Part shown: positions 25,243-38,933 of the stretch, piece by piece
Layout: every line of letters starts with the position of its first letter
How positions within the stretch are numbered: the stretch's first letter is position 1
Origin: Blasia pusilla
Lineage: Eukaryota
DNA length: 64,000 nt
Assembly: GCA_050084515.1 (NCBI GenBank)
Contig: CM114271.1
Coordinates: forward strand, 35,712,001-35,776,000
Direction: 5' to 3'
Made by a program: the position numbers and the translations under genes
Notes under the pieces: generated by a model
Told to the model about the DNA's origin: nothing
The model's database searches: none
What the model saw: the letters and a program-made list of their open reading frames with translations, nothing else

Positions 25243-26127
25243 ACGTCCCAAAAAAATTTCCAATCACAAATAAAATTCTCACACCTAAATCAATCCTTAT
25301 ATCTTTTCTAGATTGAAATTTTTTTTTCATTTAAAAATTATACTTGGAAGTGCATAGCTCTTAGAATGAAATCAACAAAACATGGAAATGATAAGTTGAT
25401 TGATTTGTTAAAAGAGAAAAAATTGAGGGAAAATTTCCTCTTACTTCTAGATCAATTAGGATTTATAATGGATTTTCAACCATAATATGCCAGAAATTTA
25501 GCTCTTAACAAAATGGGTGTATGTGGAGATTCAATGACCTTTGGTGTCATATGATAAAATAAATAATCAAAAAGGATTCTTTGAAGGATCAAAGATGGTG
25601 ATGTCCCAAGACATGGCGTCTAGTTAGATTGTGTTTCTATATTATGATAGTACAATATGAAGAGGCTATAGTCTATCATTGAATGAAGAGTAATAGTTAT
25701 GATTTGTAAGTGGGATTATCACTCCCACAGTTGAGAACGAATTACTAAGATCTTAACAAAGACATGAAAAGTGACAATTCAACAACTTGAGACCTAATCT
25801 ATGTGCTCATGTTAGTGTTTGTTTAGATCTATGAATATCGGAACATGCACTAACATGTATGTTTAAATAATATTCACATAGATATGTGTGTCTATGAATA
25901 TTTAAACAAATGTCATTCATACATACATATGTTGTTCATGTTTTTTTAAGGGAAAGTTCACAAGTCCAACTACATATATAATCAATGATGACATCATGTG
26001 GCCTAAAAAGACCAAAATACTAAACCAATCATATTTTGGAAAACAAAATAAAATACAAGAGTAAAAATATGCATTAATTTTTTAGAGAAAAGACGCAGAA
26101 AAATAGGATCACAATTATGATATGATC

Positions 26128-26152
<25 letters not shown>
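26128..26152. repeat. (AT)n microsatellite
   Basis: Pure AT dinucleotide run. Confidence 0.95.
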
Positions 26153-26158
<6 letters not shown>

Positions 26159-29100
26159 GCTAAATCTTGCCTACACTAAACAAAGTTACTTGATATATTG
26201 AGTTTATACAACTATGCCATGGAAAAAATATCAAGTTGCAAAATCATGTGGAAAATATTAAACTTGTACAACGCAAACTTGCATATAAGAGAAAGTCCTA
26301 AGAAACCATCTTGTATAAAGAGGAAGAGTGAGAATGAGGAAAGAAATCCAAATCTATCTTAACCTCAAGGAGTCACTTTATACTATCATGATGTACCAAA
26401 AAATAAGATTCAGTTAAATTGAGTAATCTTAATTTTAAGAAATATCTAAGCTCCCATTGAAAATCCTTAATTCCTTCAAGGAACCTAGCCAAATCATCTG
26501 GATATAGTTGCTAATACATGTAAGCCTCAATTCACCTACTAAGACTTTCTCTCAATGACATGAATTGATAGTGTGTATCTATATGATTTTTTTAAAGGAA
26601 TTACTAGTTTTTTTTCCAAATGAAAGTTATTGATATGATCTATGTATATGATAATGCATTTAAGTATTATAAGCAAAGCATATGCCTACAAGAAGATCAT
26701 TTGAATTTACCAAATTGATTTCTATGCAACATTAGTCATTCTTATGTATTAAGCTTCTTGTGTTTCTTCATAGCTTCCAAACCATTTTAAAAACAAGGTG
26801 GATCTAATATCAAAGGATTAGTTGTTGTTCAATCTGTGGTAGTATATTCATGGAATCCTAAAGTGGCGAAGCCTCAAACTAAGAATAATAAGTCTAAGCC
26901 AAATTATGAACTTCACAATACCACAAGCAACATAATAACCTTGATGTGATTCTCTCTTTGTGTCAAGTGAGATTTCTATGGGCACTATATGGTTTATTCA
27001 AAAAATCCAACGAGAGAATTGTAATTGAGATTTTCCCTTAAACCAATTATCAAATGTATAATCATACATAATTATAAATATGACACATGTTGGGATTAGT
27101 TATTACATCATCTTAATTTAATGCGTTATCTTCAAGCTCTAGTTCAATAAGATAGAGATTGGATTGCATGTTGATATGTTTAATTCAAATCTTTTTTCAA
27201 AGAACATTGGTATTGTTGTAACAATGTATAATCTCCATTCTTCATAATTTCTATGCTGTGAAGGTTTAGCCTTACAACAAGAGTATTCAAAAATTAGTTG
27301 TCTTGAATAAGTTATAGAATATTTTAACTTGACTAAGTCTTTTCCATTTGATACTCCATTATTGATGCTATATATTTTTAAAAATAAGTATTAAATTATA
27401 AAAAAATTCCTCATCGAATCATGCATATTTTATTGAATCTTGTTCTCTACAAAGAAAAGCTCTTCTAAGTCTTTTAGCTCAAACTCAAACTCAGCTTATA
27501 ATTATATTTGAATTGCATTTTGTATCTAGTGATTGAGTAAGAATAAATCATAAGTATCCATTATGATTGTAGACTTGTAAGATGTATTTCAACTCTTAGT
27601 GAGGAGAGTAATATTAAATCTCAATTATAAACTTGAAATTAAAATTATTTTGAGAAAATATACATGTTACCATACCAAACTTGTACTACTTATTTATGTA
27701 GAATATCATGAGGAATTTTCTTTAGTTTCTTTATTAGAGATCTAGATATCAATTATGTAGGAGTTGGCGTATGTTGGTTTCCACCTCTAGACATCCATTG
27801 AGGAATGGATTCTTAAAATTTTCTATTATATTGTTTGATACTTTTTAGGTGCCAATGGTATAATGATTTTTCACCATCTTGGCTATAAGATTGAATTTTT
27901 TTTTATAATAGTCGAGTCTCATTATTAACTCTCATATCCCTTATATGCCTAGTAATAGATATTTGGGGCAAGGGATATTAAAAGAGGGAGGTTTTGGAGG
28001 GATGTTTGTGGCTAAGTTTTCCAAAGTAGATGGACACATTGGAGAGGGGAGGAAGAGTTTTTTTTCCCCAAAATTGAAGAGAGGGATTTCCGTTTGTGTA
28101 TCATAAAATAGAAAAAAATAAAAAAATGAGAATATGGAAATTTAAATTTTCAATTTCTTAAATTACATAATACTTTTTTGGAAAGGACAAGGAAATGAAA
28201 AGGGAAGTAATTCTTAGGAGTGGATCAAGCTAGAAGGGAGGCTACATCTTGGGAGAACTAGAGCTATGACTCCTATGAGTATAACATTAATTTTGTTAAA
28301 ATTGGAAATTTCCACCTCTTGATTTAATTTCTTGGAAGAGAATTGCACATGAAATGCACACTCTCCAATTATTTCCTACCCATACACGTACAGAAAAAAA
28401 TATTTAAAATTTAAAATTGTGGGAATTTATTTGTACTCTTTTGGTGGAGGTGAAGGACACAAAAGGGGCGAAGTTTTGGAATGCTAAGATGGGATGAAAT
28501 ACTTTCTGAAATAAACGTTGGAGGTTTCAAATGAGAAATGATACGGAGGACTTGAATGCATAGCTCGTGCCATGTACGGGAGTGCCTTAAGAGACTTAAC
28601 CATATTACACATAAATTTTTTTCTTACTGCCCGTTCAGTGAGAAACGTTTCGTTTTTTCTGTCCGATTACTACATGTCAAACAAAGTTTACAAATAAAAA
28701 AATACTCTCTAATAAAAATAAAGAATAATAATATATACTGATTATAACTTGTAGGTCCTTAGTACGTATAGTTGCTATTTGAGTCCATCTCAGATAACAA
28801 CTTTTCCAAGTCTGTGGTAGCTCTCCGTATCGCTGGAAAGTGCAGTAAGTGCGTCGGATACCAGTGCGTTGTTTCAACGCGGTGCAATTGACGTGCGGCA
28901 CTTGCTTTCGCAAACAGTGAGGAGAGCGAGCTGTCCTGGATCGTTGTAGGTGGCATTCAGAGGGTCGCGCGCGTCTTTAAAAGATCTTAACTGACGAGGA
29001 GTAGGTCACGCACAATTTCAATCGGAAACTCGAGGTCGTAGGCAGATCGAGTTTGTGGAATTTATCGAATTCCTTGTGCAGTTGGAAGGACGTGGCTCCT

Positions 29101-29709
29101 GGTACCGTGCTCATTTTGTGCTGGTGCGTTTGGAGGACTCTCTAAGGTTTTGAGAAACGTGAGTGAACAGTGTAGATTTAATCTAAGCTCTTTGCATAGA
29201 AGTTGAGTGTCTTTATGCTTTTGCATTCGTATTTTTCATGTGCTCCTCTGCACGGATTGATTTTGGAGAAGGACTTCTGAATTTTCGTTATCGGTAGCGC
29301 ATTTCTTTCATAAGACGATTCGGTGATTCTGGTAATTAATGCCAGAAGAAGGCGATGCCTAGGCAGATGCGAGATAGGGCAATTGATGTTTACAGTGAAG
29401 CTATAGCTAAAGTGCAGGCCTGATTCAGGGCTCTTGAAGCAAGTGTTACGGCTAGAGGTTTCCCACTCACAACGACTCCGGCGCCATGGTCCGGGACTTA
29501 TCTTCTGAGCGCATCCGATACTGTGGTCTAGAAATCCGTTAGAATCACTTCAGATGAGTCGCTTGGTAGAATCTTTGATCTGATGTAGAAAACTGAGAGC
29601 TCCATGACTCTACTCTGGAAACATAGTTTCGTGGGTCGCATATTCTAAGCAAGCACACATCATGGTAGTGGAATCTACTTGACTCGTGCGTGTTCTAACT
29701 GCAGTCAAA

Positions 29710-30141
29710 ATGGATGCTCCCTACTCGCAACAAATGTCTGCCTCTGAGCACATTCAGAAGCGTAGCGAGGACAAAGGGTGCCTCTACGCATGGTAAGCAG
29801 CAAACTCGTTGGCTTTGGCAAGCTTACAAACGCGAAGAGTCCCTGCGATGGAAATCCTTTCACAATCTAGACTCGCATGTTGTATGCATGGCCGATTTAG
29901 TAGACTATCAATAATATGTACGCAAGAGTCGCTTCAATCTTCTCTACATCGTGGACTGAATTCAATCTATATACGAGTGAAAACATTAAGGATGCTCATA
30001 TGAGCTAGCTGTAGCTCTATCCTAACAACTACTGACTGCGTTTCAATTTGATGTTACAGCTGCTTCGCAGCTTGTTGCTGCTTCTGCTGCTATGAGACCT
30101 GTGAGTGCTGCCTCGACATCCTATGCTGCTGTTTCCAATGA
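29710..30141 (+). CDS. CDT1: Cadmium-tolerance-1-like / CYSTM small Cys-rich protein, 54 aa; exons 29710-29792 and 30060-30141
   Basis: Splicing TG|gtaag...acag|C gives [54 protein letters not shown]. The [24 protein letters not shown] pattern matches the plant cadmium-tolerance CDT1 family (not the replication factor Cdt1). The paralogue has the same intron position. Confidence 0.92.
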
Positions 30142-32002
30142 TTCCGTGGAGTACTCGGAGTTGTGCCCTACTACTCGGGACAAAAGCAAGTGCGCTAGCG
30201 CCAATTGATTCAATCTTGTGTACAGCACGCTGATAATAACGAGTATGTATTATGCTGGGAAGTAGTTGGGCAAGCTTAGATAATTCCTGGACAAAAGATT
30301 CGTCATGATTGTTTAATTTTTCTTATGTACAGAGCCGAACAGTGTGCTATGAACGGATTCCATATCATACTGCCTGCATATTTGCGTAAGAGTCTCATTG
30401 CATACTTTGCAGTCTAGAAGAAGATGAGCTCGGAATTAAAGAGGGAGTGGTAGAAGGAGAAGACGCCGCAGCCTAAACATGTTCCCTTCGTACGTTTGTG
30501 ATCGTTGCATAATAATTGAACTTTAAAAAGTGCGATGGTTTTGTAGCGATTCCAAGTACTGAATCTGCCCAATTTGCGAAACATGTGGGTGCCTAGTCGG
30601 TTTTATTCCTCGTAGGAGAAACCGGTTTCTCTACTGCATCCATGATCCGGAGTTACTCAGGTTTTCCTGTACGTGGACGTATTGTCTCTTGGTCTTGCGC
30701 CTTACCACAGAACTTCGTTTTTTTTCCCCATCTGTGTTGTTACGATTTGGTCCTTATCCCAAACTTCTCAACAAACCTGCTTTCTGTCGAGAAATATGAG
30801 ACATCTATCCAGATGTCCCAAAATTTCCACATGTTTCTATTCAAGTTGTAGTCCATGTGAAGTAAAATGCTGGCGACACTCGTCTAGCTGCTGCTCCTCT
30901 CTTGCTTTTGAATCACAGTGAAAGAAAAAAGAAAAAAAAAGTACTACGTGTAAAATGAGGATAGAGTAAACCGGAACGAATTTGGCATGTCGAGAGTAGA
31001 TATCATCAAGGCCACACCTGCGTATAATGCACTTCGTGTGGCCGATCGGATGTCATACGTTCCCATCGGAACAACGATCTGTGCGCTCTCTTATGAAAAA
31101 AAAAACTACTTTTGGATAAGTGATTTTCTAATCACGGTGTTTCACATTCATGGCCCACCTGGCTACTTGGTGGCCCATGCACATGTCAAAGTTTAGTGCA
31201 AGCAGTGGGGAGAAGATGCCTGTCTAGTACATGGAACAGAACTGCGTTTAGGTTTACACTCGCACAACTTTAGGGAGGGAAAAAATAAAAACTTTAGAAT
31301 TTCGAGTAGAGGGCTACTAGGTAAGAGTAAATCCATCGCAAACAATTAGCATGAGGTCCTCAAGTAGGCGTCGCGTAAAGTATTCTTTCGGTTATTTATA
31401 CTATTATTGTACATTATTATTAGATTTTTTTTTATTGTATCATTGTTGAAGAGTTACTTGGATTTGGAAATAAATGCATGATGAGCTAACACGAAATTAT
31501 TTCTTATTATTTTTAATATCGCTTAGGGGTTGTGGGATAGTGTTTTTATTAAAGAAATTCAGAACTTCTATGGATCATAACTAAGTTTAGAAACCATATA
31601 ACTGAGTTTAGGAACCATGTTGAAATTGTGTTATGCTAAGTTTTCATTGGAATAGATAGACATCTAGCTGATAAGTCTGGACCCATTTTGTAGAGGTTCC
31701 ACTAAAGCCATAATAAAGGAATTGAAGGTACCATCAACCAAGGTACCTACTATTTCCAAAAGGGAGACTTCACTTCTTATAGAAGTATATTTTTCCCCTT
31801 AGAAACTCCTCTAAATGTCAAATACAACTCTAATGGAACACCGAAGATCATTTTTTTCTTGTGGTTCACTTTTTATAGGAGCAATCCAAAAGAATTTCTC
31901 TTTTATCTTACTACTTATATTGAACCTCCCAATGTTTGGTTAACAAGGTTGTACGTGGACAAAGTCTGTCTCGAGAACGGACATGTCTGTGCGCATGGGA
32001 GT

Positions 32003-32770
32003 TGTCGTGCGCACATATATCGCTACACAACATACATCGCTATCATCGAACACACACACAAACACACACGATCCCATGCTAACTCATGACATCCATACAC
32101 AGAGGCAAGAAGTACCAAAATATCTCAAATAAAGTAAGTTCCAATCTCTCTCTTCACCATCTCACACCATAGCTCTCAAAGGTGTGCACTCTCTCTCATG
32201 TCAAACCAAACCCATTCTCTTAATGAGAGGTTTGGGTTACATTCACAAGGCAAGGGACCATAGCTCCGCCGCCTTATGCCAAGAAGTTCAAAAAAGAAAG
32301 AATGAGCTCTCAAGCTCTCTCTCTTGGAGGTATACCCCCTTCCCTCTCCCAAGCCCTCTCAACGGTAACCTATGCTCGTAGGTCACCTCCTTGATTCTTG
32401 ACCTGCTGTAGCGGGTTAAGGGCCACTTCCCAAAGTGTAAATTCAACTATCCCCAACATGGAAACTTACCCGAAATAGTAAATTTCTCTATATGGCTCCA
32501 AATGAGCCGAAACGAAAGGGGAACCTGCTCTCTCAGGTTTCCCGGGGCCTCAACAGGTCATCCTCAACCTCATGGCCCTGTCCTCCACTACTCGTGTAGA
32601 CGCTCTGCTAGATCCCACCGATCTATCCTAGCAGTCGTGACAGCTGTCGTGGGCATACACATTGCTACACAACATACATCGTTGTCATCGAACACATAGA
32701 CAAACACACACGATCCCATGCTAACTCATGGCATCCATATACAGAGGCGAGAAGTACCCAAATATCTCCA
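32003..32770 (-). repeat. 3' terminal a-b-a repeat block of copy 1
   Basis: a = 32003-~32127 and a' = 32645-~32770 (~125 bp direct repeats) enclose b = ~32130-32642. The b/a' junction on the + strand reads GTGACA-gc-TGTCGTG. Confidence 0.9.
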
Positions 32771-32958
32771 ATCGCACCCCTAGCTGGTGGTTAGGTCCCT
32801 CTAACTCCAGATAGCCATCTATCCCTACCTACCACGACATACATCTCTAGGACGCTAAGAGCACAAAGGCCGGGTGCTCGTATGGCCCCATCGTTAGTCG
32901 CCTTCATCTCATCCATGTCCCAAAAAAAGTCAAAATCGAAACCTACATAGTATCTCCT

Positions 32959-34212
32959 CTATGTACATGTGGGACATATCCATCGTCCCCGAGGAACCCT
33001 AGTGAGAGATGGCGTCAGACATGCCATATGCAAACCTCTTGAACATCCATCACAGACTAGCATCGTGGCCGTACTACGAGCAGAACCACACAACATACAA
33101 CGCAAGCCTGCAGGAACTACTGTTGAGCTCGGATCTAATGTACCATTAATGTTAGGAAGGTGACATAGCGCATAATTACGCACATGGTCCTTCCATACCA
33201 TACCATACCATCGTGTCCCTCCAGCAAGAGAACACCGGATGGCAAAACGTCACGCATTCTCAAGAGTGCGCCCTGCAGTCACATCCAACATTGTTGGTGC
33301 CGTCTGCTGCAAGTAGACATAATCTCCCTGATGAAACCTCCGAATAGTTGGTCGATAACCACCACCCCAAATAGTCGCATACCTCAACGTATCCCAATAC
33401 TGTGGAATCGCCAAGTTCTCGAACGCCATGGGCATCACTCTCTGAAACAACTCAGCCCTCTTAGAACATGCTCGCATCCATACATCTGGGTCATCAAGGT
33501 CCAGCACCTCACCAGCATCTCGACAAATGGCCTTAGGTAAATCTGGCTCTCGGCCATAAAGTAGCAAGTACGGTGAAAAAGACGCTAAGGATGCTTGCCT
33601 GCTGAATCTGTATCCCATCGCCAACCACGGCAACTAGAGGTCACAATCTCCTAGGTGACCTCTCTGCAAGCCATACTTGCGTAAACCCCTCTTCACCGTC
33701 TACAAAACTCTCTCCGCTAATCCATCTGCCTTGGGATGATCTCGCGAAGTCGTGCAGTGGTCGATCAACACCTAATCACACAAGGCCTAGAACTCACCGC
33801 GAAACTCGGTACCCTGGTCTGTCAACACCTTAGTCGGTGCGCCATAATGACTCAGCACTATGTCAAGGAAGGCATAAGCTACTCCCTCACTCGCTTTTTC
33901 AGGAAATGCAACCAACTCGATCCACTTCGAGAAGTGCTCGACCATTACCAACACATAACGACTCTGACCCTTTGTCAAAGGCAAAGGTCTTGCAAAATCC
34001 AAACTCCATCTATATCCTAAGCCCATGATCGATAATGAATGCAACTGTGGAGTCGGAGCATTGAACGATGCTCGGACCCGATCACACACCATGCACCTGG
34101 CAACAAGCTGCTGAACGTCACTCTGCATGCCTCGCCACCAATACTGAATCTGGAGCAAGCTGTACATCCGCTTCACCCCAAAGTGACCCAACTCCTCATG
34201 GGCATGCTGCAC
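32959..34212 (-). pseudogene. DDE integrase with C-terminal PHD finger (copy 1)
   Basis: HHCC domain HAHEELGHFG...CMVC; core WSLDF, VEHFSKW, LTDQGTEF; SPYLLLYGREP; then C4HC3 PHD CMLC..MLVCDGCSRGLHMACLTPSLTRVPRGRWICPTC*. Confidence 0.92.
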
Positions 34213-34215
34213 TAG

Positions 34216-35900
34216 TCATGCTCTCTGCAAAGGATGCGGCACTACGCATACTCTACCATCCTCCCAAACCCTCAAAACATGTGTCCCCTCCCAACGGAAC
34301 CGTCTGGCCCGTTGTAGGATCCGATCCCGCTCTCTAGCACACACAGTGCTCGCAACACCGCCAGTACGAAGGTACTCCAAGACAACTCCATCATCATGAA
34401 TATATTGACCACCTGTCGTCTCCTCACTAGCCTCAGGATCCAAGGACTCTCCACTAGACCTTGCCATCAAAGTCTCCACACTCTGGCTCTCCATAGCCAA
34501 CATGCCTAAATAGGCTGACGCGTGCCATCCTGACAGTGACTCCTCATCACTCTCTCCATGCCATTGAGCTCCAATTGCATCTCGCTGACTCGGGCATGGG
34601 TTACCACTCAGCCCATGTGCATCCTGGTTGAGCGTCCCAGGTATATGTACCACCTGAAAATCGTACTCCTGTAGCAACAGAGCCCATCTCGGAAGCTTCC
34701 TTGTAAGCTTGTCGGACTCCACCAACCACTTCAGTGGTTGATGATCAGTGATGATGGTAAAGGGGTTGCCAATTAAGTAACACCTGAAATGCGCGACAGC
34801 CCATACTGCAGCCAAGCACTCACCCTCATACGAGCTGTACTTTGCCTCTACAGCATTGTTCGAGCGGCTAGCGTAAGCCACCACAAACTCTCTACCCTCA
34901 TCATCATGCTGGGTGAGCACCGCTCCAAGCCCCAACATGCTCCAATCTCTGTGCAACTGGAAAGGACGCCCCCTGATCGCTCTCCTCAAGATGGGCACAG
35001 ACGTCAACCTATCCTTGAGCAACTGAAATGCTCGCTCCAACTCATCCCCTCAGTGCCACTCGTGATCCACCTTGGTCAGCAAGGTTAGCGGCTTCGAAAT
35101 CAAATGAATCCCTTGACGTACCACCTATGGAAGTTCGCCAATCCTATGAATGCACGAACACGGCTCACATCTATAGGGCGTGGAATGCGTGAAATAGCCT
35201 CTACCTTCGTATGTTGAACACCAAGGCCCCCTGGGTATATCGTATGACCCAAGTACTCAATCTAGTCATAGAAGAACTTGCACTTTCCTGGATGTAGCTT
35301 CAGCCCATGTAATTGAAATGGTCGAAACACCTCCTCTAGATGTCGCTTATGCTCCTCAACCGTGGCGCTAAAGACTACGATGTCATCAATTTAACACCTA
35401 GCAAAATCAAGAGCAGCCAAGATTCTATCCATGACCCTCTGAAACTCAGCCGGGGCGTTCTTTAACCCAAATGGTAAGAACCGCCACTCGTACAAACAAT
35501 CCTTCCCGTGAGGATTGATGCCCCGAAATGCCGTCTTCTGCCTGTCCTCCAATTTGATAGGCAGCTGATGATATCCGGCTTGCAAATCCGATGAATTGAA
35601 GACCTTTGCGTGACCAATCGCATCAAAGATCTCTTTAGGGGTGGGCATGGCATACCTATCGGACTTCATCTGCCGATTGATAGGTCGGTAATCCCCACAC
35701 ATCCGCCTATCCGTCCAGTTTCCATGCACATCCTTCTTGGCGGGCATGACAGTGGTAGATACATGCTACCCATGCGACATCTCCACTAGTCCTGCTCCGA
35801 CCAACTCCTTGCTCCTACTCTGAATCAGAGCCCTCTCCATATCACTGTACATGTAGGATCGTCGGAAGATCGGCGTATCACTTGATTACTCAATGTGGAT
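34216..35900 (-). pseudogene. Reverse transcriptase and RNase H (copy 1)
   Basis: RT RMCGDYRPIN, DLQAGYHQ, LPFGLKNAPAEFQR, C*IDD; RNase H HRDWSMLGLGAVL, YSSYEGECLA, ITDHQPL. Confidence 0.93.
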
Positions 35901-36369
35901 CCCCGGTCCCTTCAGCGTATCCAAATCCTCCATGCTAAATGCAAAGCAGCTCCTATAACTCTGAGGAACTGATGTAACTGGCACCGCTCTCCTCCTGTCA
36001 ACTTAGGGCCCATATCTGGCTCCCAAGTCTCCATCGTGACTAAGGTAGGACTCTCCAGCGCGGATATCGGTGGTTGCTATGGTGCAACCCCATCTTGAAC
36101 AACAACACTTGGCCGCGCTCCTGCAGCCAACTACAAACTCTGGTCTCCTCCACGTGCAGTGCCCGGAACCACGCTCGATGCTGTGGCTATCATCTCCTGG
36201 AGTACCTGCAAAACATTCCAAGAAGTCCAAGAGTGTCTCTCTCGATCTCCCCTGGTGTGTAGATCTCCTCGGGTCTCGCCCCCAGCCACTGCCTCCACCG
36301 TCTCAGTAGGCATGGGGCTCACCAACGCAACCGCTGAAATCTGTCACGATCTCATAAGGCGCTGCTCAA

Positions 36370-37490
36370 CCACTCCCAAGCTGAGGATTCATGTCAAATA
36401 GTTTAGGTCCATCGCTTGACCGAAGACATGGCGTCGTGATGCCTCTGACACTGACGATACTACCGTCACTCCTTTGGGAAATCCCATCGCTCGCTCTCTC
36501 TCTCGTTGGCATTGGGCTCCACCAACCGCTGAACCTGGTCATCCCAAACAAAGCCAGGACCGGCCTCCTTGTATGCATAGGAAGCGGGAAAACTCACAAA
36601 CGTGGGCAAGGCTTCCCGCGGCTTGCCTACCCTATTGACCACAATCAACGGTGGTCAATCATCGTGCCTCATTGCTTGTGATTGACGACTTGGATCCAGA
36701 ATGGAATCCACTAACAAATCGAAGTGGCGCTCCACTCTTGCATATGCCCTCCGTAACACCGCATGGGGCACCAAGTTGGTCCACCATAGACGCGGGCAAT
36801 GGGCTCTAGAACCTACACTCGCTGCATCCTAGAACACATCCAAGAACATCCAAGAACATCCAAGATCCAAGAACATCCAAGAACATCCAAGAACATCCAT
36901 CCAAGAACATCCAAGAACATCCATCCAAGAACATCCAAGAACATCCAAGAACATTCATCCAAGAACATCCAAGAACATTCATCCAAGAACAATGCAGGGC
37001 CGATCCAGGCACGCACATGATGAGCACTCGTCACCACCCATGACATGGAATCTCCTAAGATCGGCACATTCTCCAGAATGTAGGCTGGAGAACGAGACTG
37101 GAGCTCTTGCAACTACCGTAAGACCGTCAACATCTCCCAAATAACCTGGACCGAGTGTCACCCAACCCGTTGCCTCGTCCATCACTCGATTGGCCTTGAC
37201 ATGGCCAACCGACAAAGGCCAAATCAATGGTCCCTACCCGCTCTAAGTCCTGCGCCCCCAACAACGAAATATCCCTCGGTAGGAAACTTTGGTACCCCTG
37301 TACCGCGGACACAAACAATAAGTCGGAAAAATATAAGCATAACTACGCCACATGTCGTAGTAAGACGCGCCTCGCAACATCATCACTCTCCACATACAGG
37401 TACTGCTGCACTCGCACTCTTGCCTGCAAAACAACAGCTAACCCGGTGCTAATCCCTCCTTAGAGATCTAACACTCGAATACCCTCCTCC
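36370..37490 (-). pseudogene. DNMT3-like C5-cytosine DNA methyltransferase domain within pol (copy 1)
   Basis: Motif I GIRVLDL*GGISTG; II YLYVE; III DI; IV IDLAFVGWPCQGQS; VI YILENV; VIII RAHCPRLWWTNL; IX-X region EPNANERE... Confidence 0.92.
36825..36990. repeat. CATCCAAGAA tandem-repeat expansion inside the DNMT domain
   Basis: Imperfect array of a 10-bp unit with 14-bp variants. Copies 2 and 3 have a single unit at the equivalent site. Confidence 0.95.
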
Positions 37491-37840
37491 GGGATACACC
37501 ACACAATAGGTGTGGTATCCAAGGGTATCATCGTAGCACTCCCTGCTACCTCGGGTTCCTCAGACCCGTCTTACTCCGGTGCAAACGCCTCGCTCCACGC
37601 GGTCTACACGTGCTCTTGTGCCAATCGTCGAAGCTCCTCAGTCGAGCCCCACAACAACACCTCTCCTCCACGGAATGATGCGGCTACTATAACACTCCTC
37701 TCCATAGAAATGTCAGGAATGGGAATATCCTCTGCATGGACATGTCCCTCAATCAAATCACTAGGCCAAGTGATGGCATTGCTAAATGTTGCTAAGGTCG
37801 CCACCTCTCTTGGACGTCGCTCAATCACTGCATATGTGAA

Positions 37841-38230
37841 TCAAACGTGTAATAAGCTAAGGCACCCATCACCTGACTGCCATCCTGGTCTGTAGGACGC
37901 CGAATCCTCCCAGGAATCGAGGGAAAACCCCATTGGATATAACACTACTCCACCAACCAAGACGTTGTAGGACTTTGCATGAGTCACTATCGCCTTGGCT
38001 CGCACCATAGACTCATCTGTAGGATGTCCCGGGCGAATCCTCACCACGACCTCCTTTCGGGTGATATACTGTGTGGTACTCGCTCCACCCAAGGATGTCT
38101 GTATCCGGAATGGACAACGCTCCACATCGGCTCTCGTTAAGCCCAATCCTTTGAATGACACTTTCCCCAACATCAGGGGTTGCACTCTTGAATCCAACAA
38201 GACACGCTACGGACTAAAAGCTCTATCTCC
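37841..38230 (-). pseudogene. Retropepsin aspartic protease (copy 1)
   Basis: RVLLDSRVQPLMLG (decayed LLDSGA motif) and the C-terminal YNVLVGG motif. Confidence 0.8.
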
Positions 38231-38933
38231 GAGACTCACCAAGTGAAAGACCTCTCCTTGGTTATCCAACTATTCAACACCAGGAGAAGCCATGGGATGC
38301 TCTATCGCGGGTCTAGCGGGCATCTCCGCCATCCTAGTAGCTGCAGCCTGCCATGAATCTGACGTGGACGACCCGAGCATCTGCTCCAAGGGCAGGTCCA
38401 TCACCTCCTCTGCAATCACCTCTAAATGTGATGCAGGAACTCCAACTCCGCGCTCACATAGTGAAGCGGCCAGCCAAAAAGCCTCGGCGGGTGTAGCCCC
38501 CAACGTCATAACATCAGAAGTAGAAAATAAAAGAGTGCAGTACACAACGGTGGCCGCCCCCAACAACGTGCTCGACACATGCCCCTCATGAGCATCAACA
38601 ATAGGAGTCGTCGCACTCGCTTCTCCCATCGCCCTACGTGCCTGCACACCAACAACATCACCAACTCTCCAGGAACTTTGATGAGGACCCATCGATGGGG
38701 TCCTCATTGCTTCGGACAACGAAGAAAGATTGAGAAAGCCTATTCTATTTTCTGGCTTCCCCTCATTGTGGATCCAAGTCTACGGCTGCTCCACACGTCA
38801 CAACTGCAGCGGCCTCCATTTGGGCAACCCCGCACATCCAACCAGGATCCTCCATATCTGTGGCTCCTCCATATGATGTCGATGCCATGGATCCGGCATC
38901 GGGTAACCTCGATGCCATAGCGGCAATCTGCTC

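Noticed and set aside
25400-27100. Possible hAT transposase relic
   Set aside because: Only a faint resemblance to the dimerisation motif near 26950; too decayed to support.
36799-37112. Repetitive ORFs (HPRTSKNI / DVLGWMFL) or a CRISPR-like array
   Set aside because: They are translations of a 10-bp satellite. There are no unique spacers and no cas genes.
36370-37490. Bacterial restriction-modification methylase or host DRM gene
   Set aside because: The domain is intronless, sits at the same pol position in three copies, has DNMT3-like motifs in unpermuted order, and has no partner endonuclease or UBA domains.
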